The notes beneath the pieces are model-generated. The model did not search any database, was not told where the DNA came from, and saw only the letters and a program-made list of their open reading frames with translations. A stretch of 64,000 nt of DNA from an uncultured Verrucomicrobiae bacterium (lineage in GTDB: Bacteria > Verrucomicrobiota > Verrucomicrobiia > Chthoniobacterales > JAFAMB01): assembly GCA_963837955.1 (NCBI GenBank), contig CAWIPH010000002.1, positions 3,008,001 to 3,072,000 of the forward strand, read 5' to 3'. Of this stretch, positions 20,601 through 30,209 are shown piece after piece (the stretch's first letter is position 1; the number at the start of each line of letters is the position of its first letter). The position numbers and the translations under genes were made by a program.

Positions 20601-23600
20601 GCTCTGTTCGGCCAGAATCTGTTGGGCCAACCGAAGTAGCCCGCTCCGACCGGAAGCGGCCTCTTGTGATTGCACGTCGATCCAGCGAGCGTTTATCCTG
20701 GGGTATTCCCGCGGGATGACCTTGATCGGTCCCATCAGTACTGCCCGTTCCGCGCTCAGGATCTCTTCCCCCCCGACGGAATGGAGGTCGTTTGAAACGA
20801 CGGTCAATTCGATGGGTTCGTTGATATCTTGGGCGCCAATTGCCTGCGCTAGAAATACCAGACTATGAAAGCATCTTTCCTGGAACGAACCTTCGCCATC
20901 CAAGGTGGATCGCGACGAAGTTGGCTCGTAGATGGGCCATAGATAAATGATTCCCCGGGGCGCACCTCGATCTTCCAAACAATGCCGCAACAGAAGATCA
21001 AAATCGGATCGAGATGCCGGATCGACTCGGAAAGCATTTCGATTCAGCACCCCAAATTCGGACCCATACGCTACACTGACCGTGTCAACCTCTCGCGCTC
21101 GCAGTTCACCTGCGAGGCAGTCACCCAAACCAAGCGGATCGCTGAAGATCAGCCACCAACCCGTCGTATCAACTTGCGTCAGGTGCGATGGAGATTCGAC
21201 AGCCTTACGCCAGACCGGCTGAAAAAAAACTAACTCTTTATTTTTCGTCTTTTCAACGACCTCAGGAACCGCTTTGGCCAATTGAACTTCGGCGGGAGCT
21301 TCAATCCAAAATCGTTGTCGCTCGAATGGATAAGTCGGAAGCAGAACTGGGTGACACTTGTCGCCCTGGTGAAACTCCGTCCAGTTAACATCGGCGCCGA
21401 CAGCCCAAAGCCGACCTAGTGTGGTGAGAAGCAGCTGCTGGTCATTTACCGATTCACGTGGTCCTCGGACTGACGAGAACACTTTTCCAAAATCATTTTT
21501 CGAAACGTGACGCTTGGTCAGACCGGACAGCACCTGTCCCGGACCAACCTCCAGAAACGCTCCTGCACCTCGCTCGATCACCTGGCGAATACCGTTCGAG
21601 AACTGGACTGTGCTCCGGATCTGTTTAGCCCAATACCCAGGATCAATGGCATGCTCCGGTTTAATCCAATCTCCAGTGAAGTTTGAAACGAAGGGAATCT
21701 GAGGCGGCCTTAGCCGGCAGTGCCCAACAAATTCAACAAATGGTTGGAGAATCGAATCAGCCGAAGCAGAATGAAAAGCGTGCGAAGTCTGTAACCGTTG
21801 GGCACTCTTATCTGCGCGGCGTAAGCGCTGCGCCAGATCATCAATAGCAGTCTCCGGCCCCGAAAATACACATTGATCAGGCGCGTTTACCGCTGCCAGG
21901 GAAACCTCTGCCGGCAGCCACGCTGCAGCTTCCGACTCCGGCAGATTCGCCGCCAACATTCCGCCTGGGGACATGCTCTGCATGAGTTGCGCTCGGAGCG
22001 CCACAATGCTCAGAGCATCTTCCAAGGAGAATACTTGAGCGATGGTGGCTGCCACTAGCTCGCCAATACTGTGCCCAATCATGCAGTCGGGACGTATACC
22101 CCAGGCCGACCAAAGCTTTGCTAGCGCCAGCTCTACTACAAAAAGCGCCGGTTGGGTGAACCTGGTTTGATTGAGAAGCTTCGTTGCCTCTTCCCGCCCA
22201 GATTCGGTGGGATAAAGTAACGTTCGAATATCAATGCCAATATGGGGCCGCAAAAGTTCCGAACAGCGATCGACTTCTCCAGAAAAGACTCGCTCACCCG
22301 CATAAAGATCACTCGTCATGCCGGCGTATTGGGTGCCCTGTCCGGGGAATAAAAAAGCCAGGGAAGAACGCGATGGCGCGGCGCCACTCACGACATTTCT
22401 TCCATTTTCGTTGCGCAGTGCCTGAACCGCTTCAGCGACCGAGCCGCATACCGCTGCCCAGCGATGAGTAAAAGCCCGTCTCCCTCGATGACAAGTGAAT
22501 GCTACGTCGGCTAAATTCACGTCTGGATCATTTTGCAGATGGTCCGCCATTCTTTGCAGTGCTCTAACCAATGCTGCCTCCGTTTTAGCGGACAGCGTCA
22601 GCAACTGCGGAGAGCGTTGCGAGTGTGACGAAGCCGTGGGCGGCGCTTCCTCCAGAATAACGTGCGCATTCGTTCCCCCAATTCCCAGCGACGTGACTCC
22701 AGCTCGCCGTGATCCCTTGAGCGATTTCCATTCGGACAACTGCGCGTTAACGTAGAACGGACTATTTTCGAAATCGATCAACGGATTCGGCTTCGTAAAA
22801 TGAAGACTTGGCGGGATTTGACGGCGCTCCAGTGCCAAGACGGTCTTAATAAAGCCGGCGACTCCGGCGGCAGCATCCAGATGTCCCACGTTGCTTTTGA
22901 GGGAGCCGATGGCACACGTCCTTTTCGCACCGGTAGACTGAAATGCTTTGGTCAGGGCAGTGATTTCGATTGGGTCACCAACAGCGGTGCCGGTCCCATG
23001 GGTCTCCACATATGCAACCGACTCGGGTTCAATACCAGCAACAGCTAGCGCCTGCCGCACCACTTCGGATTGGCCAACGACGCTCGGCGCGAAAAAGCCT
23101 GCCTTGCGAGCCCCGTCGTTGTTGACTGCCGTCCCCAGAATAACGGCATGAATTCGATCGCCGTCTTGAATGGCGTTTTCCAAACGTCGAAGCACTACGA
23201 CGCCTAGTCCGCTACTGAATACTGTGCCGCTTGAGTCGGCGGCAAACGGACGGCAACGCCCGTCCCGCGAAAGAATCTCGCCAGGGCGATAAAGGTAGCC
23301 GCAGCCATGAGGTATTTCGATAGTTACGCCGCCCGCTAAAGCCATATCGCACTCCTGACCCAACAAACTCTGACACGCGAGATGAATGGCCACGAGCGAG
23401 GTGGAGCAGGCCGTCTGAACCGACATGCTCGGTCCGTTTAGATCGAGCTGATATGAGACTCGCGTCGCCAAGACATCTTTATCGTTTCCGGTTTGCTTAA
23501 TCAGAAAGAGTCCCGATGTTTCCATCACCTTCCGGTTCGGCAATAGATTGTGAATCAGATAGCTGCTCATGCCCGAACCTGCGTATACGCCGATTGATCC

Positions 23601-23951
23601 GGGGAATTGACTCGAATCCCAGCCAGCGTTCTCTAATGCTTCCCAGGAACACTCGAGAAACAGGCGATGCTGCGGGTCCATTATTGCTGCATCTCTCGGA
23701 CTGAACCCAAAAAAATCGGCATCGAATTGATCTATTCCTTCCAGTACAGCAGCTCGTTTAACGTAATGCTCGTCCTGAGTAATCGATTGATCGACTCCGG
23801 CTGCCTCTAGATCGGCGTCTGTTAGATCCTTAATCGATTCGCGACCCTCACGAAGGTTTTCCCAAAATTGATCAAGGCTCTGCGCTCCTGGAAAACGTCC
23901 TGCCATCCCGACCACTGCGATGGCAGAGCTGTTGATCTCGGGCTGATTCAT
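17619..23951 (-). CDS. Type I polyketide synthase, single module KS-AT-KR-DH-ACP-TE
   Basis: KS QTACSTS/HGTGT/GHL, AT GHSIG + HAFHS, KR GGLGGIG + DYAAAN, DH HRFHGAEALLPG + HPALLD, carrier GGHSL, TE GYSYG + GDH. Confidence 0.95.
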   Translation of the reverse strand: MNQPEINSSAIAVVGMAGRFPGAQSLDQFWENLREGRESIKDLTDADLEAAGVDQSITQDEHYVKRAAVLEGIDQFDADFFGFSPRDAAIMDPQHRLFLECSWEALENAGWDSSQFPGSIGVYAGSGMSSYLIHNLLPNRKVMETSGLFLIKQTGNDKDVLATRVSYQLDLNGPSMSVQTACSTSLVAIHLACQSLLGQECDMALAGGVTIEIPHGCGYLYRPGEILSRDGRCRPFAADSSGTVFSSGLGVVVLRRLENAIQDGDRIHAVILGTAVNNDGARKAGFFAPSVVGQSEVVRQALAVAGIEPESVAYVETHGTGTAVGDPIEITALTKAFQSTGAKRTCAIGSLKSNVGHLDAAAGVAGFIKTVLALERRQIPPSLHFTKPNPLIDFENSPFYVNAQLSEWKSLKGSRRAGVTSLGIGGTNAHVILEEAPPTASSHSQRSPQLLTLSAKTEAALVRALQRMADHLQNDPDVNLADVAFTCHRGRRAFTHRWAAVCGSVAEAVQALRNENGRNVVSGAAPSRSSLAFLFPGQGTQYAGMTSDLYAGERVFSGEVDRCSELLRPHIGIDIRTLLYPTESGREEATKLLNQTRFTQPALFVVELALAKLWSAWGIRPDCMIGHSIGELVAATIAQVFSLEDALSIVALRAQLMQSMSPGGMLAANLPESEAAAWLPAEVSLAAVNAPDQCVFSGPETAIDDLAQRLRRADKSAQRLQTSHAFHSASADSILQPFVEFVGHCRLRPPQIPFVSNFTGDWIKPEHAIDPGYWAKQIRSTVQFSNGIRQVIERGAGAFLEVGPGQVLSGLTKRHVSKNDFGKVFSSVRGPRESVNDQQLLLTTLGRLWAVGADVNWTEFHQGDKCHPVLLPTYPFERQRFWIEAPAEVQLAKAVPEVVEKTKNKELVFFQPVWRKAVESPSHLTQVDTTGWWLIFSDPLGLGDCLAGELRAREVDTVSVAYGSEFGVLNRNAFRVDPASRSDFDLLLRHCLEDRGAPRGIIYLWPIYEPTSSRSTLDGEGSFQERCFHSLVFLAQAIGAQDINEPIELTVVSNDLHSVGGEEILSAERAVLMGPIKVIPREYPRINARWIDVQSQEAASGRSGLLRLAQQILAEQSQDNNDTIIAYRQGERWVSAIESVQLAPRSDLQRIKRDGVYLITGGLGGIGYAVSEFLARKKGARIALVDRTGLPARADWESLLLTAAEPLQERIRKVKQLEKMGAEVIALRGDVTLLDDMHQAVSSILNRWGTIDGVFHCAGTIHDEVIQLKERDRAESVLAPKVKGTLNLNAALSGIDLDFFLLFSSISSLIAPVGQVDYAAANAFEDAFSQMMHSLGRKNVMAINWGRWRDVGLAATNKVQPGSDSTGQRPPNWLAGRCVRANDQEVCYEQELSFERHWVLNEHRFHGAEALLPGTGYIEIARVLASKHFRAGGFELRNLSFAAPLMVDFGKTRAIQSRIFKTGDEWRFSVSAARRQEGKSPTTECVSATLHFPEETSPERFPLDETLRRCSRSTLTFSSDVQNTKQAKFLYFGPRWRSLRRIHFGERELISFSELPEEFTSDLESVGLHPALLDVATGSAMFAISGYEKTEDLYVPILYQRLRVYGALPRHCYAHITWTTDNNIQDEIVTFDLTLLDERGAVLATANEFVLRRVTDIAMFYHEGTETDFDRQRPIPVSFESKTDEEETAITTDQGIVALERLLEAGLRPQLIVAPASLQLERAVAPGQRKSTPRHNPEPLVGGDEIAPGDDIERTLVSWWSDLLGVEQVGARDDFFDLGGHSLIAVRLFTKIKKGFGLDLGVGTLFEARTIESLSRLIRGGHAVASQCIVPIHSAGSKSPLFFLHAVNGEILLYRHIVRHLEPTQPVFGVRAAQIDKNPEAVSSMEELAALYVEEILRVQPAGPYNLAGYSYGGFLAFEVARQLKLTGKEISLLAILDSVTSELNIRWSFREKMAQRATRIRYRFSILKSRGWKDWVSYLRWRAHLAKEKILEKRNGSRPEYIEWVEPEHQHVATVLRKLSSEWEPKPFAGAATLLRARDRSKTIEFDPQNGWGKLISQLAICEFDGDHVSFIREPGAEDVARKLTGLLSCQTGAQPPIQEHIVFRKAGP

Positions 23952-24089
23952 CGAGGCGAAAAAACTTGAAGAACAGTCGATAGATCAAAAACTTTTGTTT
24001 GTTTATCTTGAGCATCCGATGAGCAAACTGAAGCCTTTACCCTGTCGAACCCTGATGCTTCAAATGAAAAGCTTGGCATGAAGCCCCTC

Positions 24090-26057
24090 CTATTCGGATC
24101 TTCCGGGCTTTGATTTGCCGCGTCGCAGCAACGCTTCGCGCCGGGATTGACCGCGGAGAGTTCCATCTGCGCCGGAGGTACCGCCCTCGATCGTACCATT
24201 CAAATGACGAGCTAACAATTCGACCGTCGAATGCTCAAACAGTTCAGGCAGGGTGACGCTAATTCGCAACTGTTCCCTAAGTCTCGTAACGACCTCGACA
24301 AACGACATTGAGTTCGCTCCCAGATCGATGAAATTCTTTTGATGATCAACCGTTTGTGCGTTTAACGCCTCGCACCAGATGGAAGCAACAACTTCTTCCA
24401 ACTTCGAGGCATTTTGGAGATGGTGCGCCGACGCAACGGTTGGGGTCCGTACAGTTTTCAAGGCGCGACGATCGACCTTGCCGTTTGGCGTAAACGGCAT
24501 TGAGTCGATGTAGAAGAACGCAGAAGGAATCATGTGCGATGGTATCATCGTCTCCAGAAACGCATGAAGCTCACTCGGAGGAACCACCGTCTGGTCTGCG
24601 CCAGTGATATAGGCGAGAAGCGTCTGCTCGCCGGACCGTTCAGACTTTGCAATCACGGCGCAATTCCCCACTCGCGGATGCTTCTGAAGATGCGACTCGA
24701 TCTCCTCCAGTTCGATCCGGAACCCGTGGATCTTCACCTGATTGTCAACTCGACCAAGAAATTCTAACTCACCGTTTGGCCGATACCGAACAACATCACC
24801 TGTCCGGTAGAATCTCGCACCTGGCCGTGGATCGAACGGGTTAACCAGAAATTTTTCCGCGGTTAGCTCCGGCCGATTCAGGTAGCCACGGACGACTCCG
24901 GCACCACCAATAAATAACTCTCCTTGCGCCCCGATCGGCACCCTTCGAAGATCCTCATCGAGGACATACATTTCTGTATTGGCTATCGGTTTACCGATCG
25001 GAACTGTCTGCTCACTACTTTGCAGGCGGTAAATTGCCGACCATACGGTGGTCTCGGTCGGTCCGTATGCATTTAGCACAACGCCAGATACCGAAGCAGT
25101 AAGCATCACCGCTAAAGAACTCGGAAACGGTTCTCCTCCAACTACCAGCCTTTTGATCGAGCGAAGGGCATCTCGGAGATTTCCGCTTTCGGATAACCAC
25201 CGGATAAGCGACGGCGTGCACTGGAAGTGCGTCACTTGATATCGCTCGATTAGACGATGAATCGTGTATTCTCCATTTAGCGCGAGCTTGTCGACATCAC
25301 TTTGCAGGACGATGGTAAATCCCCGCGCCAAAGTCCAAAACAACTCCAGCACCGAGATATCAAACGAAATGCTGGTGACAGCTAACCAGACGCCCGGTCC
25401 GCCGCCCACAAACTCGTCCATGGCCACAAAGAAGTTGCTAACGTTCCGATGCTCAATCATGACTCCCTTTGGAACGCCGCTCGACCCCGAGGTATAGATG
25501 ACATACGCGAGGTTGCTGCCTTGCGCCCTACTCCGCTGACTCGGCTCCCGATTCAAATCGAGGTCTGGCAAATCTTGGTCTGTAAAGAGCATTTGAACCA
25601 AAGCATTCGAGAAACGATCGGCCAAGGATTTCTGGGTGATGAGGATCGGCGTTCCGGAGTCGCTCAACATGAGTTGAAGCCGTTCATCCGGGAACTCCGG
25701 ATCGAGCGGAAGGTAGGCCGCGCCTGTCTTCAGGATCGCTAAAAGCGCCACGATCAGGTCTACCGACCGGGGAACACAAGCTGCAACAATTACCTCCGCT
25801 CGCGCACCGAGCTTACTAAGCACTTCAGCTAAGGCTTCGGCACGTGCATTTAGTTCTCGATAGGTAAGGCTCTTTCCTTTGAAAATTACGGCGGTATGCT
25901 CCGGGCTCCGCCGCACTTGTTCCGTAAAGTAATCCTGGATGCATTTTTCCTCTGGGTATTCAGTGCCCGTCGCGTTCCATGCGGCGAAGATTTCATCCGC
26001 TTCACTCTCGCTGATGATCTCGCGAGTGGCGGTGTACGGTAATGCGTTTTCCCTCAT
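24090..26057 (-). CDS. Stand-alone NRPS adenylation-thiolation didomain (probably Gly-activating)
   Basis: YTSGSSGVPKG, SFDIS, NAYGPTE, YRTGD, QVKIHGFRIE, NGKVDR; T domain LGANS. Confidence 0.93.
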   Translation of the reverse strand: MRENALPYTATREIISESEADEIFAAWNATGTEYPEEKCIQDYFTEQVRRSPEHTAVIFKGKSLTYRELNARAEALAEVLSKLGARAEVIVAACVPRSVDLIVALLAILKTGAAYLPLDPEFPDERLQLMLSDSGTPILITQKSLADRFSNALVQMLFTDQDLPDLDLNREPSQRSRAQGSNLAYVIYTSGSSGVPKGVMIEHRNVSNFFVAMDEFVGGGPGVWLAVTSISFDISVLELFWTLARGFTIVLQSDVDKLALNGEYTIHRLIERYQVTHFQCTPSLIRWLSESGNLRDALRSIKRLVVGGEPFPSSLAVMLTASVSGVVLNAYGPTETTVWSAIYRLQSSEQTVPIGKPIANTEMYVLDEDLRRVPIGAQGELFIGGAGVVRGYLNRPELTAEKFLVNPFDPRPGARFYRTGDVVRYRPNGELEFLGRVDNQVKIHGFRIELEEIESHLQKHPRVGNCAVIAKSERSGEQTLLAYITGADQTVVPPSELHAFLETMIPSHMIPSAFFYIDSMPFTPNGKVDRRALKTVRTPTVASAHHLQNASKLEEVVASIWCEALNAQTVDHQKNFIDLGANSMSFVEVVTRLREQLRISVTLPELFEHSTVELLARHLNGTIEGGTSGADGTLRGQSRREALLRRGKSKPGRSE

Positions 26058-26196
26058 TTCTTACAAAGCTCCGGAGATTGCGTTTATTGTAGTTAATATC
26101 CGCCTTCCGGATCGTTTTCGATTTACCATACAGAATTCGGAGACACCGATTCTCAGTCGGTTAACTCCGCGATACACCAGAGTTTCGTCCGATGTT

Positions 26197-28005
26197 CTAG
26201 GACCTCTCAATGGCAACGCACTCAAGATGATCATCTACATTCCGCACCTTCCGGCGACGCTGAATCAGCCGATTCTCCAGGAACAAATATTCGATTCCAG
26301 TCCCAAGGAATGTTTCTACTGCCTCCTTCGGGGAATTTACTATCGGTTGCCCTTTAACATTGAAACTGGTGTTTAATACCATCTCGCAACCGGTAATATT
26401 CCCCACCTCATGCAACAGACGATGAAACTGAGGATTATCTTTTTCAGAGACAGTTTGCACTCGGGCGCTTCCATCAACATGGGTGATGGCGGGTAACTCC
26501 TTCCGGTATTCTTCTCGCACCAGCACCGTAGCAATCATGTAAGGCAGTTCTGTTCCCGGCGACACATCAAACCAAAGGTGCACTTGCTCCAAAGAAACGG
26601 CCGGCGCGAATGGTCTGAAAGCCTCCCTTTTTTTGACCATTGCATTAATCCGGTCCCGCATTGCCGGGTTTCCAGGATCCGCCAGAATGCTACGGTTACC
26701 GAGAGCTCGAGGGCCAAATTCCATTCGGCCACGATACCACGCGATAACGCACCCCTGCGCTATCAGCCGAGCAGCTTCCTGACACGTCTTTTCCAGGCTC
26801 TCGAACTCGACCACCACAATCTCGTCAGCAAACTGACTTATATCCGCATCAATCTGCTTGGCCGAATATGCTGGACCATAGAACGGCACGGGCATGCGGA
26901 TGTTCCGGACCGAATCGTTAGCCCATGAACCATACAGAGCAGCGCCGACCGCGGCGCCGTCGTCACCCGCAGCCGGCTGGACATAGATTTCATCAAAGGT
27001 CCCAGAACGCATTAAACTCCCGTTAGCAGTACAATTCAGCGCGACTCCTCCGGCCAAGGCGAGCCGGCGTAAGCCGGTCTCGGATCCGAAGTGACCACAG
27101 ATATGAAGAATGACTTTGTTCAGACACTCCTGCAAAGCAGCGGCAACATCCCGATGGGTCTGGGTGATATTCTCTTCGGGCGACCTGGCTGGTAACAGTC
27201 GCTCGGTCAGGAAACGGCGGGTCGCTAAGTAATTCTCGCGCTCTTCCCGTGTCTGGTTCAGACGGAGCGGCGGTATTCGTACCGTTCCATCTGCGTACAG
27301 CTCGACTGCCTCTTCAAAAAAACTGCGAAACCGGCTCGGATCGCCGTATGGGGCAAGCCCCATGATTTTGTACTCGTCCGCATTAAAGTCGAAACCAAGG
27401 TGAAGCGTAACGAGCGAATAGAATATGCCAATCGAATCGTTGGCAGATATTTTCTTGATTTCATCAAGTCCGTTTTTATCAGCGTGATAGACCGTAACGC
27501 TTTGAGTCTCGCCCATCGCATCGATAACGATCACCAAGCATTCGTCCCATCCGGAAGTAAGAAAAGCGCTAGAAGCGTGCGCAAGATGATGCGGGATCTG
27601 TTCTACCTTGCTCTCCGGCAGTCCAGGGAAAGCATTTTGGAGGTTTTGCAAAAGCGCTTCTCGGGAAAAAACAGTCCGATATAGTTCCGCCGAAACAGGG
27701 TCCAGATTGTACACCTCTTGGTACGGGGAATAATCGAAAGCGTGAACGACCAAATCGATGTCTTCCAGATTAAGGCCCGATTCGGCCAAGCAATAGCGAA
27801 TTGCCCCCGCTGGAAGATCGCCTGTGTGTTTTTTTAGATTGAAGCGTTCTTCGGCGGCCGCAGCGACCAAACGACCATCAGTCACCAGCGCTGCCGCCGA
27901 GTCGTGCCCCTGAGAAATGCGGAGTTCTCGGATATCAGCGCTCGGCCAATGGGACGACTTAAACTTTACTGCGTTCGCTAATCCGCTAACCCCAAGGATT
28001 CGCAC
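26197..28005 (-). CDS. Carbamoyltransferase (NodU/CmcH/TobZ family)
   Basis: GHDSAAA, EERF, HHLAHA, EYKIMGLAPYG, AGGVALNC, EFGPRALGNRS, KKREAFRPFAP, LNTSFN. Confidence 0.95.
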   Translation of the reverse strand: MRILGVSGLANAVKFKSSHWPSADIRELRISQGHDSAAALVTDGRLVAAAAEERFNLKKHTGDLPAGAIRYCLAESGLNLEDIDLVVHAFDYSPYQEVYNLDPVSAELYRTVFSREALLQNLQNAFPGLPESKVEQIPHHLAHASSAFLTSGWDECLVIVIDAMGETQSVTVYHADKNGLDEIKKISANDSIGIFYSLVTLHLGFDFNADEYKIMGLAPYGDPSRFRSFFEEAVELYADGTVRIPPLRLNQTREERENYLATRRFLTERLLPARSPEENITQTHRDVAAALQECLNKVILHICGHFGSETGLRRLALAGGVALNCTANGSLMRSGTFDEIYVQPAAGDDGAAVGAALYGSWANDSVRNIRMPVPFYGPAYSAKQIDADISQFADEIVVVEFESLEKTCQEAARLIAQGCVIAWYRGRMEFGPRALGNRSILADPGNPAMRDRINAMVKKREAFRPFAPAVSLEQVHLWFDVSPGTELPYMIATVLVREEYRKELPAITHVDGSARVQTVSEKDNPQFHRLLHEVGNITGCEMVLNTSFNVKGQPIVNSPKEAVETFLGTGIEYLFLENRLIQRRRKVRNVDDHLECVAIERS

Positions 28006-28140
28006 GGTCCTCCAGTAGCAGAATAAGATTGGTGTTGACTACATTAAAGACAGGCATGCCTAAGGAGGAAAATACTTCTGTTACGGTTATTATGTTTTTT
28101 ATGCGCTCCATAGATCCGGCCCGGCTGACCTGAGACGACG

Positions 28141-28824
28141 TCATTTGTTTAGACACTCGGCCGCCTCACTTGAGACCAGTCGTACCGGCAGTGTAAGGCG
28201 CGGCAACGCAATCGCCGAAACAAACCCGGGTATCGCATCGAGGAAACTGACCGCCAGTTCGCCTGCATCCAGCTGGTTGAGCGGTTGCGTTAGTCCTTCC
28301 CCAGTCAATTTTAGAAATGCCTCTTTAGCCACCCAGATCCGGAGAAGTGCTAAACGGCGACTCGGAAAAGGTAACGCTGAAACTCTTCGCCATTCTGATT
28401 GCGAGCAAACGGTCCGCGCGAATTCATCTTCATCGAGGGCACGCGCTTCCGGTTCGATATCAACCCCGACCGGATCGACACAGGTAACCGCGATCAGGGA
28501 TTTTCCGTCCGAGTGAGACACGTTGAAATGCAGGCCCGCCTCCGCCAAGAAAGGTTTCCCCCGTTTTTGGTATTCAAACTTCAGCCGCTCTGGGGCACGG
28601 TTCAGGTAAGCGCCCAGAATCCTCTTTAAAATGGAACGACACACTACGAATCGCTCGCGATCGATTTCTCTTCGGAACCGGTGCGCCCGCTCCCGTTCAG
28701 TCGATTCCAGAATATCCCAATCATCTTCTTCAACTGGCCTATCCAAAGATATGGTCCACACGTCAACGCTCGATTCGGGAAGACAAAGAGCGGGCAAAAT
28801 CATCTTTGGATAATGACAAATCAT
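28141..28824 (-). CDS. Sfp-type 4'-phosphopantetheinyl transferase
   Basis: GKP, FNVSHS, VGVDIE, WVAKEAFLKLTGEG motifs. Confidence 0.93.
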   Translation of the reverse strand: MICHYPKMILPALCLPESSVDVWTISLDRPVEEDDWDILESTERERAHRFRREIDRERFVVCRSILKRILGAYLNRAPERLKFEYQKRGKPFLAEAGLHFNVSHSDGKSLIAVTCVDPVGVDIEPEARALDEDEFARTVCSQSEWRRVSALPFPSRRLALLRIWVAKEAFLKLTGEGLTQPLNQLDAGELAVSFLDAIPGFVSAIALPRLTLPVRLVSSEAAECLNK

Positions 28825-29010
28825 GGATCTTGCGTCTCTCTCATTTTGGCGGGATTAAAATCGGTAGTGTAGAAGCCTGTAATTGGAGAGATCGGCTTTT
28901 TACCAGGCTTCTGAAGCCAATAATACCGATAATTCCAGATTCGCTGCTCGCGCCGCCCGCGTTGCATAGGCATGGAGCTTCGAGTGCGCCTATTCCCGCA
29001 ACGCAATGTA

Positions 29011-30036
29011 CTAGTTGGGAGAGATCTGGGCCTCCGCGGATATACGCTTTACCTCTTCGAATTCCGGACCCCGCCACCAGCTCCGGTAGAGCAATATGTT
29101 TCCATGCCGTACCGCATCCAGAATCGGCTGGCGCACACGCGCTAGATCAACGTTGCCGGTATAAACCACACTAAAGGCCTTCGGGGAAGTCGTGTAGTGC
29201 TCCCAGGCGGGGGTACGAGTCCCGGGCCACTTTTCTAGTGCAGCTGGATCATAATAAGGCGCGCAACAACTAAAATAACTCGCGTTTTCAAACTCCGGAA
29301 CTAGCAAAGCATCGGGATATTTCTCGTGTAGTCGTTCAAAGATGCCGATGTCATACAATCCGAAATTCCAGAAACCAAAGTTCGAGTCGATGTAAAATAA
29401 AGAGCAGTTCCAGCGCCTCCGAGCATAGGCAATCTTGCGATCCAGTTCGTCGTAAATTGCATCGGAGTCGAAATAATATTCCTTTTGCTCATAGCGGTCT
29501 GGCTTTGCAAATTCGAGATGTTGAGGTCTGAGTAAAACCCCGACCCGGAGGGACGCTTCCGTGAATTTGTGAAAGAACTCGTCGACAACTTCGTCCATTT
29601 CGGGTGCGATGCGCGCCAACATTCCCGGATTGCCAATGTATGTCGGATTGGGATGTGGAAATTGCTCGCCTTCAACGTCCCAGACAATCATACCTTGCGC
29701 ATTCATTTCTCGGAGCAACTGAACGGATCGGTCGGCATAAGCGAGAAGCGCTCGTCGAAATTCCTCGCGTCCACCCGGTGTCGTAACGTCAAGATGTTCA
29801 TCGTTAAACCAGCCCCGTGGATTGCCCTTCCAGCCGGCATTGTCTCGGGCAAGAAATAACGCGCCGATGGGGCGTCTATCTGGCCAGTCAACTGAATTGG
29901 TACGGGCCGGTTTGCAGCTCGCGAATAGGAAGAGCGAAACGATGATCATTACGATTCGTCCAGTAACGGACTGGCCGGGTTTCGACGGCCAAGCATAAGA
30001 GCTCTCCTTATAACTCCCATATTTATTCGATCCCAT
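29011..30036 (-). CDS. Hypothetical lipoprotein, paralog of 30957-32192 (possible glycoside hydrolase-like fold)
   Basis: Lipobox-like LFLFASC (likely start near 29949); many blocks shared with the paralog. Confidence 0.7.
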   Translation of the reverse strand: MGSNKYGSYKESSYAWPSKPGQSVTGRIVMIIVSLFLFASCKPARTNSVDWPDRRPIGALFLARDNAGWKGNPRGWFNDEHLDVTTPGGREEFRRALLAYADRSVQLLREMNAQGMIVWDVEGEQFPHPNPTYIGNPGMLARIAPEMDEVVDEFFHKFTEASLRVGVLLRPQHLEFAKPDRYEQKEYYFDSDAIYDELDRKIAYARRRWNCSLFYIDSNFGFWNFGLYDIGIFERLHEKYPDALLVPEFENASYFSCCAPYYDPAALEKWPGTRTPAWEHYTTSPKAFSVVYTGNVDLARVRQPILDAVRHGNILLYRSWWRGPEFEEVKRISAEAQISPN

Positions 30037-30209
30037 TATTTTCAGTGCAGTAAGCTCAAATTAAAACTACGACTCGAAATGAAACCCGCTTCGGCGCGCG
30101 TCGTTACTCAGTTATCACAGATCCAGTCAAGGTTTTGGCGCATCCAAGCCAGCCAATAGATCGGTTCCGGCTGCAGCCGAACGATACAATCATAAAATTT
30201 TAGCTGAGA

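Noticed and set aside
25939..26376. Numerous antisense/overlapping short ORFs in the track
   Set aside because: They are shadows of well-supported genes on the opposite strand with no recognisable motifs.
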